NCBI GenBank assembly: GCA_963797555.1 | Contig: CAWCPV010000003.1 | Coordinates: forward strand, 704,001 to 768,000 | Direction: 5' to 3' | Length of the DNA: 64,000 nt | Origin: an uncultured Gammaproteobacteria bacterium | GTDB lineage: Bacteria > Pseudomonadota > Gammaproteobacteria > CAWCPV01 | Shown here: positions 62,228 to 64,000 of the stretch, piece after piece | Position numbering within the stretch: the first letter of the stretch is position 1 | How the letters are laid out: the number at the start of each line of letters is the position of its first letter | Notes under the pieces: generated by a model | Told to the model about the DNA's origin: nothing | The model's database searches: none | The model's input: only the letters and a program-made list of their open reading frames with translations | Program-made: the position numbers and the translations under genes

Positions 62228-63550
62228 ATGCCGCGCTCCTGGTCCGCTGCCCTCGCAGTCTATCTCGACCGCCGAGTGCTCTCCATCCTGTTTCTAGGTT
62301 TCTCCAGCGGACTGCCGCTGCTGTTGGTGTATTCCACTCTTTCGGCCTGGCTGCAAGAGGCGGGCGTCTCCAAGACGACCATCGGCTTCTTCAGTTGGGC
62401 GAGCTCGGCGTACGCCCTGAAATTCCTCTGGTCTCCCCTCGTGGACCGTCTCCCCCTTCCCATCCTTACGCGGCACCTGGGGCGTCGCCGGGGCTGGATG
62501 CTCCTGGCTCAGCTTAGCGTAATCGCCGCCATCGTAGGCCTCGGCAACACCGACCCGGCGCGCGATCTCGCAACCACTGTGATCTGGGCCGTAGTGCTGG
62601 CCTTCGCGTCTGCAACACAGGACATCGTCATCGACGCCTATCGCGTGGAGATCTTGGAGCAGGCCAAGCTAGGCGCTGGGGCCGCCAACTACGTGTTCGG
62701 CTATCGAATCGCCCTGCTCGCCTCGGGAGCCGGAGCCCTGATCCTTGCCGACCGCGCCAGCTGGTTCTGGGCCTACGTCGCCATGGCTGGCCTGATGGTC
62801 GTGGGTATCATCACGGTGCTGCTCAATCCCGAACCGAGGGAGGCGATTTCCGACGACACCCAGCGGCGGGATCAGCACGTGCGCGAGTTCCTTGGTCGGC
62901 GCGGCCATCTGCCGAGACCCCTGCGCCAGGCGGGTGCCTGGCTGCATGGCGCGGTCATCGCCCCGTTCGCGGACTTCATGACGCGCCCGGCTTGGATAGT
63001 GGTGTTGCTGTTCATCGCCCTGTACAAGTATGGCGACGCTCTGCTCGGCGTGATGGCCAACCCTTTCTACCTGGAAATGGGCTTCTCCAAGACGGAGATC
63101 GGGCTGATCTCGAAGGGCTACGGGTTGGTGATGACGCTCGTGGGCACCTTCGCGGGGGGGGTGCTGGTCGCCCGTTTGGGCATCCTGCGCAGCCTGCTCC
63201 TCGGTGGAATCCTGCAGGCCGCGTCCAATCTCGTGTTCGCACTTCAAGCGTACGTGGGATACTCCGTCCCCATGTTGACCGCCACTATCAGCGTGGAGAA
63301 TTTCACCGGGGGGGTCGGGACGGCGGCCTTCGTAGCGTACCTGTCCAGCCTCTGCAACATGGCCTACACGGCGACCCAGTACGCGCTGCTGTCTTCCCTG
63401 ATGGCCTTCGCGCGCACGTTCTTCGCCTCCGGAGGCGGCTGGCTGGCCGACCACCTGAGCTGGGTCAGCTTCTTCCTGCTGACGACCGTCGCCGCTGTTC
63501 CCGGCCTGTTGTTGCTGCTGTGGATGATGCGGCGCTTCCCCGCGCGGTGA
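62228..63550 (+). CDS. ampG: AmpG-family muropeptide MFS permease
   Basis: LGFSSGLP, KFLWSPLVD, SATQDIVIDAYR, TATQYALLSS. Confidence 0.92.
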   Translation: MPRSWSAALAVYLDRRVLSILFLGFSSGLPLLLVYSTLSAWLQEAGVSKTTIGFFSWASSAYALKFLWSPLVDRLPLPILTRHLGRRRGWMLLAQLSVIAAIVGLGNTDPARDLATTVIWAVVLAFASATQDIVIDAYRVEILEQAKLGAGAANYVFGYRIALLASGAGALILADRASWFWAYVAMAGLMVVGIITVLLNPEPREAISDDTQRRDQHVREFLGRRGHLPRPLRQAGAWLHGAVIAPFADFMTRPAWIVVLLFIALYKYGDALLGVMANPFYLEMGFSKTEIGLISKGYGLVMTLVGTFAGGVLVARLGILRSLLLGGILQAASNLVFALQAYVGYSVPMLTATISVENFTGGVGTAAFVAYLSSLCNMAYTATQYALLSSLMAFARTFFASGGGWLADHLSWVSFFLLTTVAAVPGLLLLLWMMRRFPAR

Positions 63551-63613
63551 GTTTCCCGAATAAATCGTCGCGGGCGGTCCGGAAGCAAGCCGCATGCGGC
63601 GCAGCAACGAGAA

Positions 63614-63741
63614 CTATCCACTGGATAGGCGGGGAGCGACCGAAGGGCGGCACGTCCGCGGGACGCCCCGAAGGGGTTGCGCACAGGGAGGTACGCCATG
63701 ACCACCCGGTAACGGCGCTATGGGGACGCGCGGCAGATTTG
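63614..63741 (+). repeat. Dispersed GGA-hairpin repeat, copy E (first hairpin deleted)
   Basis: GAGCGACCGA...GCGCACAGGGAGGTACGCCATGACCAC...GGGACGCGCGGCAGATT. Confidence 0.75.
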
Positions 63742-63752
63742 CTCACTCGCTC

Positions 63753-64000
63753 TCAGAAGAGCCGGTTCATGGTTCGCAGCCGGTGGGTGAGCACCTTCAT
63801 GAGCTCGAGCGCAAAGAATGGGGTCTGCTGAACCATGAAGAGGAAGCGCTTCTGGTCGATGGGCACTACCTCGCAGTCGCCCCGTGCCATGGCAGTGGCG
63901 CTGCGCGCTTCTTTGTCCAGCAGCGCCATCTCCCCGAAAATCCCACCGGGCGCCACGGTCTCCACCACCTTGTCATGAATGTGGATATCCACCTCGCCGG
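63753..64000 (-). CDS. Cyclic-nucleotide-binding domain protein, 5' end outside window
   Basis: GGIFGEMALL..RSATA. Confidence 0.85.
   Translation of the reverse strand, partial: GEVDIHIHDKVVETVAPGGIFGEMALLDKEARSATAMARGDCEVVPIDQKRFLFMVQQTPFFALELMKVLTHRLRTMNRLF

Overview
High-GC (roughly 65-70%), Proteobacteria-like (probably gammaproteobacterial) chromosomal window in which housekeeping genes (recQ, tatA, trkH, Kdo hydroxylase, adenine deaminase, NAD-GDH, rlpA, nhaD, ampG) alternate with accessory and defence DNA. Main accessory features: (1) two inverted copies of a ~2.7 kb IS66-like element that carries a convergent DUF4338 (DruA-like) passenger gene; the complete copy has GTAACCGTTCA ends and a 9-bp TSD and splits a RAYT gene. 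(2) An integrase-less integron cassette array (CALIN, ~22.5-29.1 kb) with five recognisable attC sites and one more attC disrupted by a group IIC-attC intron 3' remnant. Its cassettes include a ~700 aa non-intron reverse transcriptase (YVDD) with a helical middle region and a HEPN-like C-terminal motif, and an HsdR_N/DUF5655 nuclease. (3) A SNF2 helicase-AIPR-Mod-Res type III-like restriction locus with toxin-antitoxin modules inserted between the genes. (4) A dispersed ~145 bp intergenic repeat (5 copies) with GGA-loop hairpins. (5) An orphan cas4/cas1 fragment, three Uma2 genes and an IS110 remnant. Many genes, including core ones, carry single-base frameshifts in short homopolymers, so some apparent pseudogenes may be long-read sequencing errors. 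No rRNA, intact tRNA or CRISPR array was seen. All family assignments come from motif recognition by eye, not from database searches.
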